Assembly: GCA_964016885.1 (NCBI GenBank)
Contig: OZ024741.1
Location: 396,986,001 to 397,050,000, forward strand
DNA length: 64,000 nt
Direction: 5' to 3'
Source of the DNA: Eledone cirrhosa
Taxonomy: Eukaryota
The translations under genes were made by a program, and so were the position numbers. This document shows, piece after piece, positions 36,781 to 50,500 of the stretch. Under the pieces are notes generated by a model. That model was not told the origin of the DNA. It saw only the letters and a list, made by a program, of their open reading frames with translations, and did not search any database. How positions within the stretch are numbered: the first letter of the stretch is position 1; each line of letters begins with the position of its first letter.

Positions 36781-39135
36781 CTGCCTATATTGTAGTACAG
36801 TTGCCTATAGAGTAGCACAGTTGCCTATACAGTAGTACAGTTGCCTATACAGTACTACAGTTGCCTATATTGTAGTACAGTTGCCTATATTGTAGTACAG
36901 TTGCCTATACAGTAGTACAGTTGCCTATACAGTACTACAGTTTCCTATATTGTAGTACACCTGCCTGTATTGTAGTACAGTTGCCTATACAGTACGACAG
37001 TTGCCTATATTATAGTACAGTTGCCTATATTGTAGTACAGTTGCCTATAGAGTAGCACAGTTGCCTATACAGTACTACAGTTTCCTATATTGTAGTACAC
37101 CTGCCTTATTGTAGTACAGTTGCCTATACAGTACGACAGTTGCCTATATTGTAGTACAGTTGCCTATATTGTAGTACAGTTGCCTATACAGTAGCACAGT
37201 TGCCTATAAAGTACTACAGTTGCCTATATTGTAGTACACCTGCCTATATTGTAGTACAGTTGCCTATACAGTAGTACAGTTGCCTATACAGTACCATAGT
37301 TACCTATATTGTAGTACAGTTGCCTATATTGTAGTACAGTTGCCTATACAGTAGTACAGTTGCCTATACAGTAGTACAGCTGCATATACAGTACGACAGT
37401 TGCCTATATCGTAGTACAGTTGCCTATACAGTAGTACAGTTGCCTATACAGTAGTACAGTTGCCTATACAGTACGACAGTTGCCTACATTGTAGTACAGT
37501 TGCCTATGTTGTAGTACAGTTGCCTATGTTGTAGTACAGTTGCCTATATTGTAATATACCTGCCTATATTGTAGTACAGTTGCCTATACAGTAGTACAGT
37601 TGACTATACAGTACGACAGTTGCCTATATTGTAGTACAGTTGCCTATATTGTATCACCTACAATATAGGCAGGTGCCGAACTGTATAGGCAACTGTACTA
37701 CAATATAGGCAACTGTACTACAATATTGGCAACTTTACTACAATATAGGCAACTGTTGCCTATATTGAAGCACACATGCCTATATTGTAGCACAGTTGCC
37801 TATATTGTAGTTCAGTTGCCTATATTGTAGTACAGTTGCCTATACAGTAGTACAGTTGCCTATGCATAAGTACAGCTGCCTATACAGTACGACAGTTGCC
37901 TATATTGTAGTACAGTTGCCTATATTGTAGTACAGTTGCCTATACAGTAGTACAGTTACCTATACAGTAGTACAGCTGCCTATACAGTACGACAGTTGCC
38001 TATATTGTAGTACAGTTGCCTATACAGTACGACAGTTGCCTATATTGTAGTACAGTTGCCTATACAGTAGTACAGTTGCCTATGCATAAGTACAGCTGCC
38101 TATACAGTACGACAGTTGCCTATATTGTAGTACAGTTGCCTATATTGTAGTACAGTTGCCTATACAGTAGTACAGTTACCTATACAGTAATACAGCTGCC
38201 TATACAGTACGACAGTTGCCTATATTGTAGTACAGTTGCCTATACAGTACGACAGTTGCCTATATTGTAGTACAGTTGCCTATAATGTAGTACAGTTGCC
38301 TATATTGTAGTATAGTTGCCTATATTGTTGCACAGTTGCCTATATTGTAGTACAGTTGCCTATATTGTAGTACAGTTGCCTATATTGTAGTACAGTTGCC
38401 TATATTGTAGTATAGCTGCCTATACAGTATCACAGTTGTCTATATTGTAGTAAGTTGCCTATACAGTACCACAGTTGCCTCAATCGCAGCACAGTTGCCT
38501 ATACAGTATCACAGTTGCCTATATTGTAGTACAGTTGCCTATATTGTAGTACAGTTGCCCATACAGTACCACAGTTTCCTATATTGTAGTACAGTTGTCT
38601 ATATAGTAGTACAATTTCCTATACAGTAGTACAATTGCCTATACAGTAGTAAGTACAATTGCCTATACAGTACCACAGTTGCCTATACAGCAGTATAGTT
38701 CCTATACATTAGTATAGTTCCTATACATTAGTATAGTTTCCTATACAGTAACACAGTTGCCTATACAGTAGTATAGTTTCCTATACAGTAGTATAGTTTT
38801 CTATACAGTATTATAGTTTCCTATACAGTAGTATAGTTTCATGTACAATATGTCATTCTATCCGACGTTCTAATGAGTCTGCCAATTCGCCGCCTGCCTA
38901 TACAGTATCACAGTTACCTATACAGTAATGTATTTACCTCTACAATAGCAGCGTTGCCTATACAGTACAACTTCCTATACAATACAACTTCCTATACAAT
39001 ACAACTTCCTATACAATACAACTTCCTATACAGTACAACTTCCTATACAGTACAACTTCCTACACATTACAACTTCCTATACAGTACAACCTTTTATACT
39101 GTGCAATTTCCTATACAATATGTCCTTCTATACAG
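36781..39135. repeat. 20-bp minisatellite (GCCTATAYWGTAGTACAGTT) with internal inversion 37658-37755 and degenerate tail
   Basis: Direct inspection; inside TPPP coding intron 1. Confidence 0.95.
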
Positions 39136-39254
39136 TATATCTTCACACAATATAGTTCTTAAACAGCTCATCTTCCAATACACCAACAAGGTATGGGGGT
39201 TTGTTTTTTTTTCAATATTTTCCTTCATGTCTGTATAAGAAACAAAATACTTAC

Positions 39255-39439
39255 GGCTTTCCTTTCTCTTTATATTTCGGGAACATGCTGGCGTCGGCAA
39301 TAGTTAACAACTCTTTTGGTAAACAGTCTCTCACCATTTTACCACAAGCTTTAGAATTCATCATCTTCATGTCACTCTCTGTCTTGGCTCCAGCCAGCTT
39401 CACAAACGCCTTAAAAACATCCTTTAATTCGTCACTCAT
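39255..39439 (-). CDS. TPPP: TPPP/p25-alpha family tubulin polymerization-promoting protein, first coding exon (MSDELKDVF...KEKGK[P])
   Basis: ATG at 39439 in AAG-ATG context; exon acceptor TATTTCAG (AG at 39456-39455) 15 nt upstream; donor CC|GTAAGT after 39255 (phase 2); resembles the p25-alpha N-terminus (F..F...G...M....K...DC). Confidence 0.88.
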
Positions 39440-40800
39440 CTTCGCAGGTTCCGTCTGAAATAAAGAATAAGACATTTTTAATTAAGGCATAATACTAAGG
39501 CTAGTTTTTCAAGGAGACCAAATATATTCCTTGTATTTATATTATTGACCCCGGATGAAGTCGGTAATAAAACACACATGAAGAGCAGGGGATTATAATA
39601 TATTGTTGTGTTCTGGGTTGTATTTGTTAAGTTATGTATGTATGGAAGGGTGTATGTACGGATGGATGGATGAATGGATGGATGAATCGACGGGTGGACA
39701 GACCCATAACTTCAGGCGGAGTCGAGGGGGTACCGTAGTGTCATACACCAATTCTTGGGCATTTTAAATCAGGTGGAGCCTACCCCTTCTCCTACACAGC
39801 CGATTTCTTTCAGAGAGAGAGAAGTGATAGAGAGAGAGAGAGAGAAAGAGAGAGAGAGGGAGAAGTGACAAAGAGATATAGGGGATGAATCGGCTCCAAT
39901 ACTGGACTAGTACTTTTTATCAACCCCAAGATGATGTATAACTAAGTTGACCTCGGCAGGATTTGAACTCAGAGCAAAGCGTTTGAACAAATACAGCAAA
40001 ACATTGTATGTAATGTTCTAATGTAGTCATTGACAAACTGCAGCCGTTTGACTTGTAAATGACACACCTAAATTCAAAATTGTCTTGAATATTTTAAAAG
40101 GTTGAGCTCCATATACCACGTTTTTTGAATAATATTTATTTACAGTTTTTAATATATATTTTAAAACGGGGTCTTATTTGATAAACATTAAAACACATGA
40201 ACTTTTTTTTACTAATTGTAAATATTTTTAATTCCTTCGCCATATTCTGGGGCAACACTATCTCAATTCTCTCCGCTGGGATCACGAGGCGGCATACGCA
40301 TGGACTCCCACACACCAGAGAAAGTCCCCCACGCCGTCCGAATCCGCATCATTTGGGTAGCAATGTTATGGCAGTACTAATTTTTTTTCTCTCATTTTTA
40401 GTCTTAATTTTAAAATATTACCTTTAGTTATATATTTAATAAACAGATATCGTATGTGAAGCTCGGATTTTCGAACTTACTAAACACCGAAGAAATAAAT
40501 TTATAACAAGATATAGGAAACTCAGACGCAGAAAATAACCGCAAATTAGAGTCAGTTGCTATAAAATAGCTCATAATTATTATTTTCATCTTCGTTAGGA
40601 AAGTATGTGATCAAAAATGGCGTGAAATGGCTAATGATGAGATATGATGCTGGGCTTATGAGATTAGGGTAGATCAAATTTCAAACCAATGTGTTTTAGA
40701 AGCTAGAGTAGCTTGTGTATCAAATTCGCTACTATGGACCATATCATATTCACTGCTATCAGGGCAGAATTGGCTACCCGCAGGTGCGATCCCCAAGAGG

Positions 40801-41040
40801 TGTAATGGCTGTTCCAGCGAGTCTCCCTCGCCCTCATCCGGAGCAATATCTTCTCCATCCTGTCCCCGGCGACCACGAGGTGGAGTGGATGTTACAGCGA
40901 GTCTCCCTCACCATCTTCTGGGGCAATATCTTCTCCGTCCTGTCCACGACGACCACAAGGTGGAGTGGTTGTTCCAGCGAGTCTCCCTCGCCATCCTCCG
41001 GACCAATATCTTCTCCATCCTGTCCCCGACGACCACGAGG
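40801..41040 (+). repeat. Three tandem 80-bp units derived from a CRE-like LINE 3' coding end
   Basis: Units 40801-40880, 40881-40960, 40961-41040, each encoding EW..QRVSL.I..(G)N.FS.LS. Confidence 0.8.
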
Positions 41041-41060
41041 TGGTGATTTATATTTATAAT

Positions 41061-41251
41061 TGTTTCTACTTTTGGCACAAGGTCAGCAATTATTCCAGTG
41101 TATTACTGGTACTTTATTTTATCGACCCCGTAAGGATGAAAGGCAAAGTTAACCTTGGCGGGATTTGAACTCAGACCGTAAAGGGCCGTAACTCTTTGCT
41201 GCAAAGCTAGGCGTTCAACCCTCTACCGATACTGCCAATTCACCGTCCTAG
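41061..41251 (-). mobile_element. tRNA-derived SINE with target-site duplication
   Basis: GATTTATATTTATAAT on both sides (41045-41060, 41252-41267). Confidence 0.88.
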
Positions 41252-41575
41252 GATTTATATTTATAATATATGATCTGTGTTATTATTTTCAATCAGATAT
41301 TATTGGACACTGTACTAATTATACTTCATCAACCCATCTCCCAATCCCAGACTATACCATGGTGACACTACCAACACCTCCACCAACATACGAGCACTAC
41401 TACTGCCAGCACCACCACCACCACACCTGTCAACTCTCACCGACTGTTGGGGAGATCTCCCAACCACTTTGGGGTGTGTGAGAGATGTCTTCTTTCGTGA
41501 AAGTCGCTATAACTTTAATTATGTAAAAATCTCCCCACTTTGCCTCAATTCTCCCCGTTTGAGTTTCTAGACGTT

Positions 41576-44500
41576 CGTAGGTCTGCACACCACCACCACC
41601 ACAGTAGGACAGTACACCACCACACGTAGGTCTGCACACCACCACCACCACACGTACGTCTGCACACCACCACCACCACACGTAGGTCTGTACACCACCA
41701 CCACCACAGTAGGACAGTACACCACCACACGTACGTCTGCACACCACCACCACCACACGTAGGTCTGTACACCACCACCACCACACGTAGGTCTGTACAC
41801 CACCACCACCACAGTAGGACAGTACACCACCACACGTACGTCTGCACACCACCACCACCACACGTAGGTCTGTACACCACCACCACCACACGTAGGTCTG
41901 TACACCACCACCACCACAGTAGGACAGTACACCACCACACGTACGTCTGCACACCACCACCACCACACGTAGGTCTGTACACCACCACCACCACACGTAG
42001 GTCTGTACACCACCACCACCACAGTAGGACAGTACACCACCACACGTACGTCTGCACACCACCACCACCACACGTAGGTCTGTACACCACCACCACCACA
42101 CGTAGGTCTGTACACCACCACCACCACACGTAGGACAGTACACCACCACACGTACGTCTGCACACCACCACCACCACACGTAGGTCTGTACACCACCACC
42201 ACCACACGTAGGTCTGTACACCACCACACGTAGGACTGTACACCACCACACGTACGTCTGCACACCACCACCACCACACGTAGGTCTGTACACCACCACC
42301 ACCACACGTAGGACTGTACACCACCACACGTAGGACTGTACACCACCACACGTACGTCTGCACACCACCACCACCACACGTAGGTCTGTACACCACCACC
42401 ACCACACGTAGGACAGTACACCACCACACGTACGTCTGCACACCACCACCACCACACGTAGGTCTGTACACCACCACCACCACACGTAGGTCTGTACACC
42501 ACCACCACCACACGTAGGACAGTACACCACCACACGTACGTCTGCACACCACCACCACCACACGTAGGTCTGTACACCACCACCACCACACGTAGGTCTG
42601 TACACCACCACCACCACACGTAGGTCTGTACACCACCACCACCACACGTAGGTCTGAACACCACCAGACGTAGGTCTGTACACCACCAGACGTAGGTCTG
42701 TACACCACCACCACCACACGTAGGTCTGTACACCACCACCACCACACGTAGGACTGTACACCACCAGACGTAGGTCTGTACACCACACCACGTAGGTCTG
42801 TACACCACCACACGTAGGTCTGTACACCACCACACGTATGTCTGTACACCACCACACGTAGGTCTGTACACCACCACACGTAGGTCTGTACACCACCCCA
42901 CGTAGGTCTGTACACCACCACACGTAGGTCTGTACACCACCACCACCACACGTAGGACTGTACACCACCAGACGTAGGTCTGTACACCACACCACGTAGG
43001 TCTGTACACCACCACACGTAGGTCTGTACACCACCACACGTATGTCTGTACACCACCACACGTAGGTCTGTACACCACCACACGTATGTCTGTACACCAC
43101 CACACGTAGGTCTGTACACCACCACACGTAGGTCTGTACACCACCCCACGTAGGTCTGTACACCACCACACGTAGGTCTGTACACCACCACCACCACACG
43201 TAGGACTGTACACCACCAGACGTAGGTCTGTACACCACACCACGTAGGTCTGTACACCACCACACGTAGGTCTGTACACCACCACACGTATGTCTGTACA
43301 CCACCACACGTAGGTCTGTACACCACCACACGTAGGTCTGTACACCACCCCACGTAGGTCTGTACACCACCACACGTAGGTCTGTACACCACCACACGTA
43401 GGTCTGTACACCACCACACGTAGGTCTGTACACCACCCCACGTAGGTCTGTACACCACCACACGTAGGTCTGTACACCACCACACGTAGGTCTGTACACC
43501 ACCCCACGTAGGTCTGTACACCACCACACGTAGGTCTGTACACCACCACACGTAGGTCTGTACACCACCCCACGTAGGTCTGTACACCACCACACGTAGG
43601 TCTGTACACCACCACACGTAGGTCTGTACACCACCCCACGTAGGTCTGTACACCACCACACGTAGGTCTGTACACCACCACACGTAGGACTGTACACCAC
43701 CCCACGTAGGTCTGTACACCACCAAACGTAGGTCTGTACACCACCACACGTAGGTCTGCACACCACCACACGTAGGTCTGCACACCACCACACGTAGGTC
43801 TGCACACCACCACCACCACAGTAGGACAGTACACCACCACACGTAGGTCTGTACACCACCACACGTAGGACTGTACACCACCACACGTAGGTCTGTACAC
43901 CACCACACGTAGGTCTGTACACCACACCACCACAGTAGGACAGTACACCACCACACGTAGGTCTGCACACCACCACACGTAGGTCTGCACACCACCACCA
44001 CCACAGTAGGACAGTACACCACCACACGTAGGACTGTACACCACCACACGTAGGTCTGCACACCACCACACGTAGGTCTGCACACCACCACCACCACAGT
44101 AGGACAGTACACCACCACACGTAGGTCTGTACACCACACCACCACAGTAGGACAGTACACCACCACACGTACGTCTGCACACCAACACACGTAGGTCTGC
44201 ACACCACCACACGTAGGTCTGCACACCACCACCACCACAGTAGGACAGTACACCACCACACGTACGTCTGCACACCACCACACGTAGGTCTGTACACCAC
44301 CACACGTAGGTCTGCACACCACCACACGTAGGTCTGTACACCACCACACGTAGGTCTGTAGACCACCACACGTGGGTCTGCACACCACCACACGTAGGTC
44401 TGTAGACCACCACACGTAGGTCTGTACACCACCACACGTAGGTCTGTACACCACACCACGTAGGTCTGTACACCACCACACGTAGGTCTGCACACCACCA

Positions 44501-47500
44501 CACGTAGGTCTGTAGACCACCACACGTAGGTCTGTACACCACCACACGTAGGACTGTACACCACCACACGTAGGACTGTAGACCACCACACGTGGGTCTG
44601 CACACCACCACACGTAGGTCTGTAGACCACCACACGTAGGTCTGTACACCACCACACGTAGGTCTGTACACCACACCACGTAGGTCTGTACACCACCACA
44701 CGTAGGTCTGCACACCACCACACGTAGGTCTGTAGACCACCACACGTAGGTCTGTACACCACCACACGTAGGTCTGTACACCACACCACGTAGGTCTGTA
44801 GACCACCACACGTGGGTCTGCACACCACCACACGTAGGTCTGTACACCACCACACGTAGGTCTGCACACCACCACACGTAGGTCTGTACACCACCACACG
44901 TAGGTCTGTACACCACACCACGTAGGTCTGTACACCACCACACGTAGGTCTGTACACCACACCACGTAGGACTGTACACCACCACACGTAGGTCTGTACA
45001 CCACCACACGTAGGTCTGTACACCACCACCACCACACGTAGGTCTGTACACCACCAAACGTAGGTCTGCACACCACCACACGTAGGTCTGTACACCACAC
45101 CACGTAGGACTGTACACCACCACACGTAGGTCTGTACACCACCACACGTAGGTCTGTACACCACCACCACCACACGTAGGTCTGTACACCACCACACGTA
45201 GGTCTGTACACCACCACCACCACACGTAGGTCTGTACACCACCACACGTAGGTGTGTACACCACCACACGTAGGTCTGTACACCACCCCACGTAGGACTG
45301 TACACCACCAAACGTAGGTCTGTACACCACCACCACCACAGTAGGACAGTACACCACCACACGTAGGTCTGCACACCACCACACGTAGGTCTGTACACCA
45401 CCACACGTAGGACAGTACACCACCACACGTAGGTCTGTACACCACCCCACGTAGGACTGTACACCACCAAACGTAGGTCTGTACACCACCACCACCACAG
45501 TAGGACAGTACACCACCACACGTAGGTCTGCACACCACCACACGTAGGTCTGTACACCACCACACGTAGGTCTGTACACCACCACACGTAGGACTGTACA
45601 CCACCACACGTAGGTCTGTACACCACCACACGTAGGTCTGTACACCACCACACGTAGTACTGTACACCACCACGCGTAGGACTGTACACCACCACACGTA
45701 GGTCTGTACACCACCACACGTAGGTCTGTACACCATCACACGTAGTACTGTACACCACCACACGTAGGACTGTACACCACCACACGTAGGTCTGTACACC
45801 ACATCACGTAGGTCTGTACACCACCACACGTAGGTCTGTACACCACCACACGTAGGTCTGTACACCACCACACGTAGGACTGTACACCACCACACGTAGG
45901 ACTGTACACCACCACACGTAGGACTGTACACCACCACACGTAGGTCTGTACACCACCACCCGTAGGTCTGTACACCACACCACGTAGGTCTGTACACCAC
46001 CACACGTAGGAGTGTACACCACCACACGTAGGACTGTACACCACCACACGTAGGTCTGTACACCACACCACGTAGGTCTGTACACCACCACACGTAGGTC
46101 TGTACACCACCACACGTAGTACTGTACACCACCACACGTAGGTCTGTACACCACCACACGTAGGTCTGTACACCACCACACGTAGGTCTGTACACCACAC
46201 CACGTAGGTCTGTACACCACCACACGTAGGTCTGTACACCACCACACGTAGTACTGTACACCACCACACGTAGGACTGTACACCACCACACGTAGGTCTG
46301 TACACCACACCACGTAGGTCTGTACACCACCACACGTAGGAGTGTACACCACCACACGTAGGTCTGTACACCACCACACGTAGGACTGTACACCACCACC
46401 ACCACACCACGTAGGTCTGTACATCACCACACGTAGGACTGTACACCACCACACGTAGGTCTGTACACCACCACACGTAGGAGTGTACACCACCACACGT
46501 AGGTCTGTACACCACCACACGTAGGACTGTACACCACCACCACCACACCACGTAGGTCTGTACATCACCACACGTAGGACTGTACACCACCACACGTAGG
46601 TCTGTACACCACCACACGTAGGTCTGCACACCACCACCACCACACCACGTAGGTCTGTACATCACCACCACCACACCACGTAGGTCTGTACATCACCACA
46701 CCTAGGACTGTACACCACCACACGTAGGTCTGCACACCACCACCACCACACCACGTAGGTCTGTACACCACCACACGTAGGTCTGCACACCACCACCACC
46801 ACCACACGTAGGTCTGTACACCACCACACGTAGGTCTGTACACCACCACACGTAGGTCTGTACATCACCACACGTAGGACTGTACACCACCACCACCACC
46901 ACACGTAGGTATGTACAGCACCACACGTAGGTCTGTACACCACCACCACCACCACACGTAGGTCTGTACACCACCACACGTAGGTCTGTACACCACCACC
47001 ACCACCACACGTAGGTCTGTACAGCACCACACTTAGGTCTGTACACCACCACCACCACCACACGTAGGTCTGTACACCACCACACGTAGGTCTGTACACC
47101 ACCACCACCACCACACGTAGGTCTGTACACCACCACCACCACCACACGTAGGTCTGTACAGCACCACACGTAGGTCTGTACACCACCACACGTAGGTCTG
47201 TACACCACCACACGTAGGTCTGCACACCACCACACGTAGGTCTGTACATCACCACACGTAGGACTGTACACCACCACACGTAGGTCTGCACACCACCACC
47301 ACCACACCAGGTAGGTCTGTACACCACCACACGTAGGACTGTACACCACCACCACCACCACACATAGGTCTGTACACCACCACACGTAGGTCTGTACACC
47401 ACCACACGTAGGTCTGCACACCACCACCACCACCACACGTAGGTCTGTACAGCACCACACGTAGGTCTGTACACCACCACACGTAGGTCTGTACACCACC

Positions 47501-50500
47501 ACACGTAGGTCTGTACACCACCACACGTAGGTCTGCACACCACCACACGTAGGACTGTACACCACCACACGTAGGTCTGCACACCACCACCACCACCACA
47601 CGTAGGACTGTACACCACCACACGTAGGTCTGAACACCACACCACGTAGGACTGTACACCACCACACGTAGGTCTCTACACCACCACACGTAGGTCTGCA
47701 CACCACCACAGGTAGGTCTGTACACCACACCACCACACGTAGGTCTGTACACCACCACACGTAGGTCTGTACACCACACCACGTAGGTCTTCCACCACAC
47801 CAACACACGTAGGTCTGTACACCACCACACGTAGGTCTGTACACCACCACACGTAAGTCTGTACACCACCACACGTAGGTCTGTACACCACCACACGTAG
47901 GACTGTACACCACCACACGTAGGACTGTACACCACCACACGTAGGTCTGTACACCACCACCACCACACCACGTAGGTCTGTACACCACCACACGTAGGTC
48001 TGTACACCACCACACGTAGGTCTGTACACCACCACACGTAGGTGTGTACACCACCACCACCACCACACGTAGGTCTGTACACCACCACACGTAGGTCTGT
48101 ACACCACACCACGTAGGTCTGTACACCACCACACGTAGGTCTGTACACCACACCACGTAGGTCTGTACACCACCACACGTAGGTCTGTACACCACCACAC
48201 GTAGGTCTGTACACCACCACACGTAGGTGTGTACACCACCACTACCACCACACGTAGGTCTGTACACCACCACACGTAGGTCTGTACACCACACCACGTA
48301 GGTCTGTACACCACCACACGTAGGTCTGCACACCACCACACGTAGGACTGTACACCACCACACGTAGGACTGTACACCACCACACGTAGGTCTGTACACC
48401 ACACCACCACACGTAGGTCTGCACACCACCACACGTAGGACTGTACACCACCACACGTAGGTCTGTACACCACCACACGTAGGTCTGCACACCACCACAC
48501 GTAGGACTGTACACCACCACACGTAGGACTGTACATCACCACACGTAGGTCTGTACACCACCACACGTAGGTCTGTACACCACCACACGTAGGTCTGCAC
48601 ACCACCACACGTAGGACTGTACACCACCACACGTAGGACTGTACACCACCACACGTAGGTCTGTACACCACCACCACCACACGTAGGTCTGTACACCACC
48701 ACACGTAGGTCTGTACACCACCACACGTAGGTCTGTACACCACCACACGTAGGTCTGTACACCACCACACGTAGGACTGTACACCACCACACGTAGGTCT
48801 GTACACCACCACCACCACACCACGTAGGTCTGTACACCACCACACGTAGGTCTGTACACCACCACACGTAGGTCTGCACACCACCACACGTAGGACTGTA
48901 CACCACCACACGTAGGACTGTACACCACCACACGTAGGTCTGTACACCACCACCACCACACGTAGGTCTGTACACCACCACACGTAGGTCTGTACACCAC
49001 CACACGTAGGACTGTACACCACCACACGTAGGTCTGTACACCACCACCACCACACCACGTAGGTCTGTACACCACCACACGTAGGTCTTTACACCACCAC
49101 ACGTAGGTCTGTACACCACACCACGTAGGTCTGTACACCACCCCACGTAGGTCTGTACACCACCACACGTAGGTCTGTACACCACACCACCACACGTAGG
49201 TCGGTACACCACACCACCACACGTAGGACTGTACACCACACCACCACACGTAGGTCTGTACACCACCACACGTAGGTCTGTACACCACACCACGTAGGAC
49301 TGTACACCACCAGACGTAGGACTGTACACCACCACACGTAGGACTGTACACCACCAGACGTAGGTCTGTACACCACCACACGTAGGTCTGTACACCACAC
49401 CACGTAGGTCTGTACACCACACCACCACACGTAGGTCTGTACACCACCACACGTAGGTCTGTACACCACCACACGTAGGTGTGTACACCACCACACGTAG
49501 GTCTGTACACCACACCACGTAGGACTGTACACCACCACACGTAGGTCTGTACACCACCACACGTAGGTCTGTACACCACCACACGTAGGACTGTACACCA
49601 CCACACGTAGGTCTGTACACCACCACACGTAGGACTGTACACCACCACACGTAGGTCTGTACACCACCACACGTAGGTCTGTACACCACCACACGTAGGT
49701 CTGTACACCACCACACGTAGGTCTGTACACCACCACACGTAGGTCTGCACACCACCACACGTAGGACTGTACACCACCACACGTAGGTCTGTACACCACC
49801 ACATGTAGGTCTGTACACCACCACACGTAGGTCTGTACACCACCACACGTAGGTCTGCACACCACCACACGTAGGACTGTACACCACCACACGTAGGTCT
49901 GCACACCACCACACGTAGGACTGTACACCACCACACGTAGGACTGTACACCACCACACGTAGGTCTGTACACCACCACACGTAGGTCTGTACACCACCAC
50001 ACGTAGGTCTGTACACCACCACACGTAGGTCTGTACACCACCCCACGTAGGTCTGTACACCACCACACGTAGGTCTGTACACCACCACACGTAGGTCTGT
50101 ACACCACCACACGTAGGTCTGTACACCACCACACGTAGGACTGTACACCACCACACGTAGGTCTGTACACCACCACACGTAGGTCTGTAGACCAGCACCA
50201 CCACACGTAGGTCTGTACACCACCACACGTAGGACTGTACACCACCACACGTAGGACTGTACACCACCACACGTAGGTCTGTACACCACCACACGTAGGA
50301 CTGTACACCACCACACGTAGGACTGTACACCACCACACGTAGGACTGTACACCACCACACGTAGGTCTGTACACCACCACACGTAGGTCTGTACACCACC
50401 ACACGTAGGTCTGTACACCACCACACGTAGGACTGTACACCACCACACGTAGGACTGTACACCACCACACGTAGGACTGTACACCACCACACGTAGGTCT

